Shown: positions 1-9,288, numbered from the stretch's first letter. The stretch: 64,000 bases of DNA from an uncultured Planctomycetota bacterium (GCA_963845755.1 CAWJTV010000011.1:960001-1024000); one strand, 5' to 3'. Program-made: numbers and translations. Notes: generated by a model not told the origin, from the sequence alone.

Positions 1-552
1 CCGCTCGGTTTGCTCATCGACTCCGATGCCTCCCTGTTCCTGGCAGAGCGTCTGGAGGTGGCGGGGTGAGATCTTCAGTTCCGCAGCGATGCCGGCCAAT
101 TTCGCGGCCTCGGCGAACGAGCGGGCGGCGATGGCCATCGCGACCAGGATTGCCCGCATCGTCGGGCTATAGCCGCGGTGATCCAAGCCCTGGCGCGGTC
201 TATTGGGGGAAAAAGACCCGCCGGCATCGCGGGCAAGAGTGCCGTGCCTCTTTGAGGGAGATCGGCCCGTCGCGGGTCTCCAGCGGTCGCTCTTGGATGG
301 TTCCGGCGCAAGCCTGGCCGCAACCGGGACAGGGTTGCTCGTGCTCGGCGGACTCGGCGCATTCGAGACGCGGTTTGCTCGCAGAGCAGGCGTGCCACCT
401 TGCGACCGGCTTCGTCGAGCGCGTTGCTCGATGGTGGCGAAGTCGAGCCCCGCACCCGTCTGATCAACCGCGAAGAATTCTTCCTTGACCATCCCGAGAA
501 GTCGCTGAAGACGGGCATCCTGGGCCGAATCGGTAGGCGAGCCGCGAAACAT
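1..552 (-). mobile_element. ISKra4/Mutator-like transposase, N-terminal part (runs off the window edge; frameshifted)
   Basis: GGAGG then ATG at 552. Stitched reading MFRGSPTD...CPGCG...LETRDG...CPRCRRVFFPQ*, then a shifted frame at TTTTTCCCCC continuing LDHRGYSPT...SFAEAA...ISPRHL, the typical split architecture of these transposases. Candidate terminus GGAGAACTCGACGAATT near 606-622. Confidence 0.6.
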
Positions 553-838
553 GACGATCCTCCATGATCAAGCTATCTTGCCCCAACGTCCTTCCACCCT
601 ATCAAAATTCGTCGAGTTCTCCTATTGACGTTTGGCTACACCCGGATGTGGCGACATTAGCGTTCCTGCTCCCTCCGAAGTCTGGCTGAACGAGTTGAGG
701 TGGAGCGATCGTATCGATCCGGTTAAGATGGCCGTGTGCCGGTCGATTCCGTGGTTCGTTCCGGAGGGGTGTACCGTCCCCACCGGGGCGTTATCGGATG
801 TGGCGGAAGGCCCGTGGATGGGCTGAGGAGATGATTGC

Positions 839-1285
839 ATGGACGCTGAAAACGGGGGGAAGGCGAAGTTTCGCATTTCGAGCCGGTCGATGATGCTGGC
901 CCTGGGTGTGCTGACGGTCCTGACCGTGTCGGTGGTCTGGAGTGTCCGGCAGTCACGGCTCACGCAGGAGGCGCTCCACCGGGCCGTCGCCGCCGAACAG
1001 GCTGCGACGCAAGCGCAGGCGAATACCGCGGAGCCGCACCATCCGCTTCGGGGCAGGGCAAAGATCCTCCGAGACGAGGCGCTCCAGCGGGCGGCCCGCC
1101 GCTCTCCGAAGGACGTCGAACGCGTCGGTCACCTTTACCAGGAGCTCGACTCCCTGATGCAGATCCAGAATCGGATCCAGCAGGACCTTCAGACCCTCCG
1201 TCGCCAGAGGCCCAAGCCGGACGCCGCCGCGACCGGGAACACACGCCCGGTACCAGGGTCCGATCCGGCGGCCGGGCTGCCCTGA
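839..1285 (+). CDS. hypothetical protein with N-terminal TM helix and coiled coil
   Basis: GAGGAG upstream; hydrophobic MMLALGVLTVLTVSVVW followed by a Q/A/L-rich helical region. Confidence 0.55.
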   Translation: MDAENGGKAKFRISSRSMMLALGVLTVLTVSVVWSVRQSRLTQEALHRAVAAEQAATQAQANTAEPHHPLRGRAKILRDEALQRAARRSPKDVERVGHLYQELDSLMQIQNRIQQDLQTLRRQRPKPDAAATGNTRPVPGSDPAAGLP

Positions 1286-1445
1286 CGAGGATGTGAAAGC
1301 ATCGAATAGACGATTCCAGATTCAAGACTTCATGAATGCAATGCCTCATGCAGACAGGAATTACATCCGTCTTCTATCTTGAATCTGCGATCTTGAATCG
1401 ATGCGGCCCCAGCTTCTCAGGGACCTGGGGACTGGAGGACCAACC

Positions 1446-2417
1446 ATGCGAGCGCTGGTGACGGGCATATCGGGCTTCGTTGGCGGGCACCTGGCCGAGC
1501 ACCTGGCCGAGGCGGGCGACCTGGTAGTGGGGGTCTCGGCGTCGGGCCGCTGGCCGGCGGAGCCGGCCCACCTGGGGCGAATCGCTCGGATCGAGCGGTT
1601 CGACCTGATCGATTCGGAGGAGGCCGAGCTGGCCGAGCTGTTGCGCCGCAAGCAGCCGGAGGTGATCTATCACCTGGCCGCGCAGTCGAATCCACAGCAG
1701 AGCGTTTCGGACCCGCGGGGCACCTGGGCGATCAACCTGGGCGGGAGCCTGAACCTGCTGGAGGCGGTGAAGGCGTCGGGCGTGAAGCCGCGGGTGATCC
1801 TGGTCAGCTCGGGGACCTGTTATGGCGATCCGGCGCCGGAGTTCATCCCGGTCCGCGAGGATTGCCCGGTGTGCCCGAATAACCCGTATGCGGCGAGCAA
1901 GGCCGCCGCGGACTTGCTGGGAATCCAGCATCATCGGGGTCATGGTACGGACGTCGTGATCGTCCGGCCGTTCAACCATGCCGGCCCTCGGCAATCCCCG
2001 AGGTACGTCCTGTCCGGGCTGGCGAGCCAGGTGGCCGCGGTCGAATCGGGCCGCAAGGACGCGGTCGAGGTCGGCAACCTCGATGTGGTCCGCGACTTCA
2101 CGGACGTCCGCGACGTGGTCCGCGGCTACCGGCTCCTGGCGACGCACGGCAATCCCGGCGAGATCTACAACCTCGGGAGCGGTCGCGGTACCCGGATCGC
2201 CGATGCGCTGGAACATCTCCGGTCGCTCGCGAAGCGACCGGTCACCGTGCGGGTCAACGCGGCGCGGGTGCGGCCGGTGGACCTGCCGTTGCTCGTCGCC
2301 GACGCGGGGAAGCTCCGCGCCGCGACCGGCTGGGAGCCGCAGTTCACCATCGAGCAGACGCTGGCTGATATGCTGGAGTTCTGCCGTGCAACGGGCGTGG
2401 GACTGACGTCGCGATGA
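1446..2417 (+). CDS. NAD-dependent epimerase/dehydratase, GDP-mannose 4,6-dehydratase / GDP-4-keto-6-deoxymannose reductase (Rmd)-like
   Basis: GGAGG RBS; MRALVTGISGFVGGHL (GxxGxxG), HLAAQS, YAASK, RPFNHAGP, GNLDVVRDFTDVRDVV. Confidence 0.9.
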   Translation: MRALVTGISGFVGGHLAEHLAEAGDLVVGVSASGRWPAEPAHLGRIARIERFDLIDSEEAELAELLRRKQPEVIYHLAAQSNPQQSVSDPRGTWAINLGGSLNLLEAVKASGVKPRVILVSSGTCYGDPAPEFIPVREDCPVCPNNPYAASKAAADLLGIQHHRGHGTDVVIVRPFNHAGPRQSPRYVLSGLASQVAAVESGRKDAVEVGNLDVVRDFTDVRDVVRGYRLLATHGNPGEIYNLGSGRGTRIADALEHLRSLAKRPVTVRVNAARVRPVDLPLLVADAGKLRAATGWEPQFTIEQTLADMLEFCRATGVGLTSR

Positions 2418-2928
2418 CCGTGATGGTGATGCTGGGACCGGCAAAATGGCATTGAGATAAGGATTAACTCCAGATGGTGTGTACACGTTCACGGGCCGAG
2501 GGTGATTTCCGTTCCGATTGGAGCCGGGTGCGGAAGCATGGAACCTGATCTGGCGACCCCCGGGTCAGAGGCACCCACTTGAACGCGTCGGCGCCGTCGG
2601 ACCGACGCACGCAAGAGCCATCCAGTTTGAGATGACCGGTGCGGGGATTGTAGGGCCAGAGGACGTACACCAACTCGGTTCAAAATCCAATTGTCCCGAT
2701 TCGCCAGAGGCGAATACAGCCGGAGATGGGAGAAAGGAGACAGCGGCCATAGACTCCTCCTCCGCTTCCTGATTCGTCCAAGCGGACACTTGACCGCGGC
2801 CCGTTGCCCCTTTCTAATTCGTTCGCTGGGCGCCCGACTCATTGCCCGTTCACCGACGGCGTGCTCCTCTGATCGCGCCGTGTGACGCGGGGGAACCGAG
2901 CGGCCCGACTGAATGATAGAACCCGGGG

Positions 2929-4029
2929 ATGAACACCCAGGACATGACCATGATCCTACAGATTGGGCTGTCCGTTATTGCCTCGCTGGCGCTGTCGCTT
3001 CAGGGGATGGTCCAGAACGGCCCTCTGATTGGAATTGACTGCAACTACACCCTGGACATGGCGAAGCGTAACAAAGCGTGGAAAGATCGGTTTGAACTCG
3101 TTGACCCATTCGAGCTGTTCGCAAAGAACGGATGCCGGAACGCGCGCATCCGCTTGTGGGTCGGTGACGATGGGATCAATCGTCTGCGATACGCCACCGA
3201 GACTGCCCGTCGTGCGAAGCAGGCCGGTCTCAAACCGTACCTTGTCGTTTTTCTGAGCGACGAGTGGGCGGACTTTGTAAAACAACCAGCGCCGGTTGTT
3301 TGGAAGAAACTAACACCAGAGAAGAAATTGGCGGCGGTGGCAACATACACGGAAAACGTCGTCATCCACATGGCCAAGAATGGGGTTGACATCGACACTT
3401 TCGAGATCGGCAACGAGATTGATTTTGGAATCTGTGGAGAGTTCGAAGAAGAATGGCCGCGGCGCGTGAGTGTCGAATTCATGCGAACGCAAGTCTGGCC
3501 GCGCATGACGCCGATCCTCAAGGCGGCGCAGGCCGGTGTGCTCAAGGTCCAGCCCAAGGCGAAATTCATCTTGCACTTGTCGCAGTGGAATAACGTCAAC
3601 TATTGCATCTCCTTCTGGCAAGCGATGATCGCCGCTGGAGTGCAACTCGACTATCCAGGGCTCAGCTACTTTCCTTCTTCGGCGAAAGAGCCTATGCAGC
3701 GTCCGTTCAGTTTTCTGCAAGCGCAGGGTGGCAAGATTGTCGAGGCACTGCACAAGCCGGTACTAATCTGCGAGACCGGATATCCAGCCGCCGCCAACTT
3801 CGGCGGGCAGTTCGCAGAGTGGAATCTGCTGGCCGAAGGGTATCCCCTGAGCGACGATGGACAAGCCAAGTGGATCGCCGATCTGGCCGCGGTCATTCGC
3901 CATGATCGAGATTTCGCCGGCGTATTCTATTGGAGCCCGGAATGGTATGACGGCGGGCTTTGGGACGCATTCGCGCTATTCGATACGCACGGCGTCGCAC
4001 GGCCGGGAGTGCGATCGTTGACTCCCTAA
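2929..4029 (+). CDS. glycoside hydrolase family 53 (arabinogalactan endo-beta-1,4-galactanase-like), secreted
   Basis: RIRLWV, SDEWAD, IGNEI (acid/base), ETGYP (nucleophile), GVFYWSPEW; N-terminal signal-like segment. Confidence 0.8.
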   Translation: MNTQDMTMILQIGLSVIASLALSLQGMVQNGPLIGIDCNYTLDMAKRNKAWKDRFELVDPFELFAKNGCRNARIRLWVGDDGINRLRYATETARRAKQAGLKPYLVVFLSDEWADFVKQPAPVVWKKLTPEKKLAAVATYTENVVIHMAKNGVDIDTFEIGNEIDFGICGEFEEEWPRRVSVEFMRTQVWPRMTPILKAAQAGVLKVQPKAKFILHLSQWNNVNYCISFWQAMIAAGVQLDYPGLSYFPSSAKEPMQRPFSFLQAQGGKIVEALHKPVLICETGYPAAANFGGQFAEWNLLAEGYPLSDDGQAKWIADLAAVIRHDRDFAGVFYWSPEWYDGGLWDAFALFDTHGVARPGVRSLTP

Positions 4030-4542
4030 CGCGCGTCGGTCTGATCGACGAATGGGTGCGCCGTGGCTAAGGTTTGTCTGGTCTTGTCGGGAGTGCCCCG
4101 ACCCCGCTGGAAGAAGGCGGGTCAAACGTTCCGCTGACCTTCAACCGAAAGGATCGAGGGGACAACAGCATGCGGAAGAAGCGACGTGAGGCCCAGCGTC
4201 AAAGGGCCGAGAGACGTTCGCAAGTTAGGCCACGCATGGGTAAGGCTGGATTGCTTGAACTCCAGTCCCAGTGGGTGTGCTCGATCACCGCCGGGAATGA
4301 CGCTGAAACCCGGATTCCTGTCTCACGGGGGCATGCCATTCACCTCCGTGATCTTCCGGCAGGACACACCCTGCAATGAGCAGGGGCAAGGGATGAACGG
4401 AGGCCCTCAACGTGGACCGGACCTGACCGACAACCACGGGATCGCCTAACGGCAGCAATGCCCAAGGCGACAGAGTCCCCGTAGTAGGCATCGGCCCAAG
4501 GGGGACAGGACACAGGGCTTCACCAAGAACGGGGTGACTCGG

Positions 4543-5045
4543 ATGAGTCATTCAGCCCTACTCAGGCTTGAAGCACTGCGGAAGTGCAACACGGACCTCA
4601 ACTGGGTCAACGCGGATCTGTATCGACTCCTCTACAAGACGGATCTCTACATCGTCGCGTATGAGAAAATCAAATCCGCTCCCGGGAACTTGACTCCTGG
4701 CACCGACGGGATGACTCTCGATGGGTTCTCCATGGATGCCATCGACGACATCGTGGCGACCCTGCGAGACGAGGGTTTCCAATTCAAGCCTTCGCGGCGG
4801 GAATACATTCCCAAGGCAAATGGCAAGATGCGGCCTCTCGGCATCTCATCCCCAAGGGACAAGATCGTCCAAGAGGTCATCCATGTGATCCTCGAAGCGA
4901 TCTACGACAGTCCGAAAGGGCCTACCTTTAGCGACTGTAGCCATGGTTTTCGGCCTGGTCGAGGGACTCACACGGCCCTGCATGAGTTCAGGACCAAGTG
5001 GTCTGGTGTGACGTGGATCATCGAAGGGGATATAAAATCCTGCTT
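4543..5045 (+). CDS. ltrA: intron-encoded RT/maturase, 5' part (RT0 to the start of RT3), interrupted
   Basis: AYEKIKSAPGNLTPGTDG, RREYIPKANGKMRPLGISSPRDKIVQE, SHGFRPGRGTHTAL, WIIEGDIKSC then a break. Confidence 0.9.
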
Positions 5046-5068
5046 GGATCGGGCATCTTGATACCCTC

Positions 5069-7114
5069 CTAAAAACGTAAGTTGTTGAGATCTCCTGCCC
5101 GCAGTTGCCGGAACCGGGCCAGGGTCTCGGGAGTGTCGGGAAACAGGTAAGTCCTTCTCTCGAAATTGATGTCAATTTGAATTGTTCCATTGTGGATTCG
5201 ATCATAGATCCAGTGTCGTGGGATATTCAGCTTCATGGCCACCTGTGGGACTGTCAAGAAGCCGGGGATCTGGCGTGGGTGCGATTGATGGCGGTCGCGC
5301 ATCAGACCGTGGCTCAGGCGAAGGAGCTGAACCGTGCTGGGCAGAACGGTTCGGCCCCTGGGCGAACGGAAGCCATCTTGGGTCAACTGGCCGGCGATCT
5401 CCTCATCGGTCTTCCCTTCCCGCGCCAGCCGCAGGATCGTGTCCTCCATCTCTCGGCTGCCTGAGAGTCGGGCCAAGGCGCCCACCGTGACTGCGAGGTC
5501 GGCCTCCGACACGTCACCCCCCTTCCAGACGACGCGACAGTGGACCGTGTCCGGGACCCTCCGATCAACGACGACCTTGTCGATCAGGCATCGCAATAGC
5601 GCCTTCTTCTGCTCCTGTGAGAAGCGGTTGGCCTCCCACCATTCCGGGATCGTCCGCCCGGCGTCACTCAGCGCCTGGCGTGTCGCGCTGTCGAGTCGAG
5701 CCCAGGTCGCTGGCTGCGGCTCTTCTCGTGCCCGCGCCTCTTCGGCCTGCTTGAGTTCCCGTAAGGCGATCTCCCAACGCTTCTCGAGTTCCGCCGTCAC
5801 CAGCCGGTTGTCTGGATCGGACTTCTGGAACTGGCGTTCGGCCAGTCGCGCCTGGTAACGAAGTCGTTCCAACTCTTGCTGCCGTGCCCGATGGATCTGT
5901 TCGTGTTCCTCCGAGAGAGACCCCAGGACGCGCTCGTAGATGTCGAGCTCCGCAGGCGCCAAGGCGGCGAAGAAGACTTGCACGACATGGTCGTCGATCG
6001 GGTCCGCGGGGAGGTACTGGCAAACCGGGACCTGATGTTGTTGGCGCAAATAATTGCAGATATAGTGAGTTTTCGGTTTGTACTGCACGACCATCTGGTG
6101 GCCGCACTCGCCGCAGTAGACAATGCCGTGCAACAAGGCTTTTCCCGGCCGGGGAACGCCTCGGGTCCGATTGCGATCATACTCGCTGTAATTGTCGCGG
6201 ATCATGGCCTGGATTTTCTCATAAGTGGCCCAGTCGATGTAGGCCGGATACTTGTCCGGAATGCGGATTCGCCACCCGGCCATCGGCTGGAGTTTCTGCA
6301 CGGCCGGCTGGTTGGGACCGGTTCGGACCGAGCGGGTGCGCCCGTAGACAAATGCGCCCGCGTAGGCGGGATTCTTCAGGGTCGAGCCCAGACCGGCGAC
6401 CGAGGGCCTCTTCCAGGCGACGTCGCCGAAGGAGTCGCGTCGAGGAATGAGCAAGTTTCGCTCTTTGAAGTACCGGACGACTTTGGCAATGGACCGCAGG
6501 CGGAGGAACGTGGCGAAGACCAGATCGATGCGTCCCTGGACCTCGCGATCCGGATGCTTGGTGACGCGTCCCAGCGGATCACGGATGAGGCCGGTCGGCA
6601 GAGTCAGTGCCAGTTCCCCGCGTTGGGCCTTCTTGAGCACGCCATCGATCAGCCGACCCCGGAGGGTATGGAGCTCCAGCTCGGAGATCTGGCCTTTGAG
6701 CCCGAGCAGAAGGCGACCGTTGGGAGTGGAGGGATCGTAGATCCCATCGCGGTCGCCGATGAGGCAATGACGGTAGCCGCAAAGATCGAGCAGTTGATAC
6801 CACTCGGTGCAGTTTCGTGACAGACGGGTGACATCGTAGGAGAAGATGATGCCGACCTGGCCGAGTGTGACCCGAGTGATGAGTTCCTTCAACCCCTCGC
6901 GTCCCACGACGGTGCTGCCGGTCTTTCCCAGGTCGGCATCGATGATCTCGACGTCCTGGGGATCCCAGCCGCACTCACAGGCGCGTTGCCTGAGATCGTA
7001 CTGGAGCCGTTGGCTCTCCAGATTGTTCAGGACCTGATGAGGGCTGGACTGTCGGATGTAGATCAGGGCCTGGCGGCCCCGGTGGAAAGCCGTTACGAGT
7101 TCTGAGATATTCAT
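5069..7114 (-). CDS. large serine recombinase (resolvase + recombinase + zinc-ribbon + coiled coil), 681 aa, intact
   Basis: YIRQSS catalytic motif, DVTRLSRN, LKNPAYAG, LLHGIVYCGECG...YIC...C zinc ribbon. Confidence 0.93.
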   Translation of the reverse strand: MNISELVTAFHRGRQALIYIRQSSPHQVLNNLESQRLQYDLRQRACECGWDPQDVEIIDADLGKTGSTVVGREGLKELITRVTLGQVGIIFSYDVTRLSRNCTEWYQLLDLCGYRHCLIGDRDGIYDPSTPNGRLLLGLKGQISELELHTLRGRLIDGVLKKAQRGELALTLPTGLIRDPLGRVTKHPDREVQGRIDLVFATFLRLRSIAKVVRYFKERNLLIPRRDSFGDVAWKRPSVAGLGSTLKNPAYAGAFVYGRTRSVRTGPNQPAVQKLQPMAGWRIRIPDKYPAYIDWATYEKIQAMIRDNYSEYDRNRTRGVPRPGKALLHGIVYCGECGHQMVVQYKPKTHYICNYLRQQHQVPVCQYLPADPIDDHVVQVFFAALAPAELDIYERVLGSLSEEHEQIHRARQQELERLRYQARLAERQFQKSDPDNRLVTAELEKRWEIALRELKQAEEARAREEPQPATWARLDSATRQALSDAGRTIPEWWEANRFSQEQKKALLRCLIDKVVVDRRVPDTVHCRVVWKGGDVSEADLAVTVGALARLSGSREMEDTILRLAREGKTDEEIAGQLTQDGFRSPRGRTVLPSTVQLLRLSHGLMRDRHQSHPRQIPGFLTVPQVAMKLNIPRHWIYDRIHNGTIQIDINFERRTYLFPDTPETLARFRQLRAGDLNNLRF

Positions 7115-7162
7115 GAATAACCTCCGCGCAGATCGCTGAGATGTCGTCGATGGCTTGCTGTT

Positions 7163-7438
7163 TCACGGTCTTGGGGAGCTTCGACCAGACGTCTTGGGGC
7201 AGGGACACGGCGTTTCATCCTCCTGGATCAGGGAAAGGAGCTCACGGATGGCGTCCGGAGTCCATTTTGTCCCGGGAAGGGTGATCTGGCTTACCATCGC
7301 GCTGGTCGAGGCGACGGGGATGCGGAGCTGCATCCCGTCGCGATAGGCGACGAGTACATGGCCGGAGCCGTGGGGTGGTCGGGAGATCGAGACGACGGCA
7401 AAACGCCGGCGGAAGAGGGGGTGAGTCGGATCCGTCAC
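7163..7438 (-). CDS. small protein at the head of the recombinase element (DUF5372/Y4bD-like)
   Basis: VTDPTHPLFRRRF...LRIPVAST motif typical of ORFs upstream of this recombinase class; the frame stays open to the element end at 7500. Confidence 0.65.
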   Translation of the reverse strand: MTDPTHPLFRRRFAVVSISRPPHGSGHVLVAYRDGMQLRIPVASTSAMVSQITLPGTKWTPDAIRELLSLIQEDETPCPCPKTSGRSSPRP

Positions 7439-7500
7439 CTCAATCTCTTCGGGAAGGGATTGAGGCGGGTTGTGGAACGGGGCATCATGAAAGGGTCTCG

Positions 7501-8838
7501 TTCGACGAGATCGATCACCACGTCCTGGTTTCCCTGATCCGGAAGAGGATCTCGGACGAACGCTTCATCGGCCTGATCTGGAAAGCACTCCGGGCAGGCT
7601 ACCTATGGAGGAAGGAACCGGGGGCCTCGTTTATCGGGACCCCGCAGGGGAGCGTGGCCAGCCCTATCCTCGCCAACATCTACCTGCACGAACTCGACCT
7701 CTTCGTCGAGGGACTACAGCAGAAGTACGAGAAGGGCAGCAAGCGGAAGGACAGCCCCGAGTATCACCGGATCAACTATCGCAGGCAGCGAGCGTTGAAA
7801 CGGTCAGGTGGGATCATGACGCCGGAGATTCGCGCTTTGACGAAACAGATGCGATCTCTCCCGTCGATGGACACGTTTGACCCTGGCTTCGTCAGAGTCA
7901 AATACATCAGATATGCAGACGATTGGATCGTCGGCGTCACGGGGCCGAGGTCCCTGGCCGAACAGATCAAGGACGAGATTCAGGCGTTCCTATGGGACAG
8001 GCTGAAACTGCAACTCAGCCAGGAAAAGACGGTCGTCACTCACGCCAAGACCGAGGAGGCCTTCTTTCTCGGGACGCGGCTTCAGGTGGGGGCCGTCAAC
8101 CCACAGCCCAAGGTTACCCACTGCCACAACCAACGGCGGCACTACCGGCGCCGGTGTACGGGGTGGAGCCCGCTGATGCGAGCGCCGATCAGGAAACTGG
8201 TCAAGCGTCTTCACCAGAAGGGCTTCTGTGACGGTGAGGGCATCGCCCGATCCAAGACAGCGTGGGTCTGCCTGGAGGTGAAGCACATCATCGAACTGTT
8301 CAACAGCACCAATTGGGGGCTGTTGAACTACTACAGGTTTGCTGACAACTTCGCCTCCATGAGCCGTATCCAGTACATCCTGCATTTGTCACTTGCGAAG
8401 ACCTTAGCCCACAAGTTGCAGAAGCCCGTTAAGCAGCTCCTCTGCGAACACGGACGCACTCTGCAATTCAACTGGAAAGACGGCGAGGGGAAGGAACGGA
8501 ACACCTTCTTCAAAGCCAACTCCGACTGGACCCGGAACCCCACGGCATTTCTAACGGGAAGAGATCAAACCGACCCACTGGAGATGCACGTCCGATTCCG
8601 GACAAGGTCCCGCCTGGACCACCCATGCATCATCTGCGAAACAACGGTCGGGGTGCAGATGCACCACGTCCGTCACATCCGAAAGATGGAGGGCAAACCT
8701 GTCGGTGGGTTTGCCTGGCTGATGCGACTCCAGAACCGGAAGCAAGTGCCCGTCTGCCGAGAGTGCCACCGTAAGATCCACCGAGGAGAATATGATGGCC
8801 TCCGACTGGCGGACCTGGCATACCGGGTTGGACCGTGA
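7501..8838 (+). CDS. ltrA: intron-encoded RT/maturase/HNH endonuclease, 3' part
   Basis: FDEIDH, GTPQGSVASPILANIYLHELD, YIRYADDW, domain X (GLLNYY), HNH (CIIC...MHHVRH...VCRECHRKIH). Joined with the 5' part gives 612 aa. Confidence 0.92.
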   Translation, partial: FDEIDHHVLVSLIRKRISDERFIGLIWKALRAGYLWRKEPGASFIGTPQGSVASPILANIYLHELDLFVEGLQQKYEKGSKRKDSPEYHRINYRRQRALKRSGGIMTPEIRALTKQMRSLPSMDTFDPGFVRVKYIRYADDWIVGVTGPRSLAEQIKDEIQAFLWDRLKLQLSQEKTVVTHAKTEEAFFLGTRLQVGAVNPQPKVTHCHNQRRHYRRRCTGWSPLMRAPIRKLVKRLHQKGFCDGEGIARSKTAWVCLEVKHIIELFNSTNWGLLNYYRFADNFASMSRIQYILHLSLAKTLAHKLQKPVKQLLCEHGRTLQFNWKDGEGKERNTFFKANSDWTRNPTAFLTGRDQTDPLEMHVRFRTRSRLDHPCIICETTVGVQMHHVRHIRKMEGKPVGGFAWLMRLQNRKQVPVCRECHRKIHRGEYDGLRLADLAYRVGP

Positions 8839-8998
8839 CACAAATGTAGATCCTGTGTCTGGAGAGCCGGATGCACGAAAACGTGCCTGTCCGGTTCGGG
8901 AGGGGGCGGTTGGATTCCCTTGAGATCAAGGGGCTGGCCGCCTACCTCATCATTAGCTTAGTCGAAAACCCTGGTCATTTAATGAGTTACGCCAAAAG

Positions 8999-9284
8999 GT
9001 CGCCGTTCGCGGGGCGTAACAGATGGGATGAGGCGACTTTGATCACCGGTTCCGCCTCGGGCACGAGGGAGGGGATCGCATGGCCATCGCGATCAGCTCG
9101 GAAGCACGACGCCAGGTAGTCCAGGACGTTGAGCCCTTGCTGCCGACACCAGGTCACCAGGGTCAGCATCCGCTCCACGAAGGTAGGACGGTGTCCCAGA
9201 GTCGTCCAGGCAGAGTAGGCTGCGGGTTCATGCTGCAGATATTACGAAATTACCGTACAAGGAGTTCGGACCGTGAACGGCTAC
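8999..9284 (-). mobile_element. internally deleted IS66-family element (286 bp)
   Basis: TIRs GTCGCCGTTCGCGG (8999-9012) and CCGTGAACGGCTAC (9271-9284), 12/14 match. Transposase N-terminus MNPQPTLPGRLWDTV (ATG 9231) abuts the C-terminus FVERMLTLVTWCRQQGLNVLDYL...IPSLVP. Confidence 0.75.
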
Positions 9285-9288
9285 GGCC

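Larger units (their letters stand above)
5044..7500 (-). mobile_element. large serine recombinase element (2457 bp) inserted in the intron RT gene
   Basis: TT core at both 5044-5045 and 7501-7502. Removal gives ...TCC TGC TTC GAC GAG (SCFDE) in frame. Imperfect inverted motifs TCTTGATACCC (5056-5066) and GGGCATCATGA (7480-7490) each lie exactly 10 bp from the core. Confidence 0.9.
4056..8950 (+). mobile_element. group IIA intron (LtrA/ML-like), 2438 nt after removing the internal insertion
   Basis: 5' GTGCG at 4056. Domain V GAGAGCCGGATGCACGAAAACGTGCCTGTCCGGTTCGG near 8862-8899. Domain VI ends ...CCTACCTCAT with bulged A8944 seven nt from the end. EBS1 CCATTC (4336-4341) pairs with GAATGG (4050-4055); EBS2 TCGATCA (4281-4287) pairs with TGATCGA (4042-4048). 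Confidence 0.93.

Noticed and set aside
7375..7500. N-terminal extension of the 487-aa RT ORF in the track
   Set aside because: These codons belong to the inserted element; RT homology begins at FDEIDH (7501).
4534..8838. RT as a retron, DGR or defence RT
   Set aside because: Domain X, HNH, domains V/VI and EBS-IBS pairing identify a group II intron.
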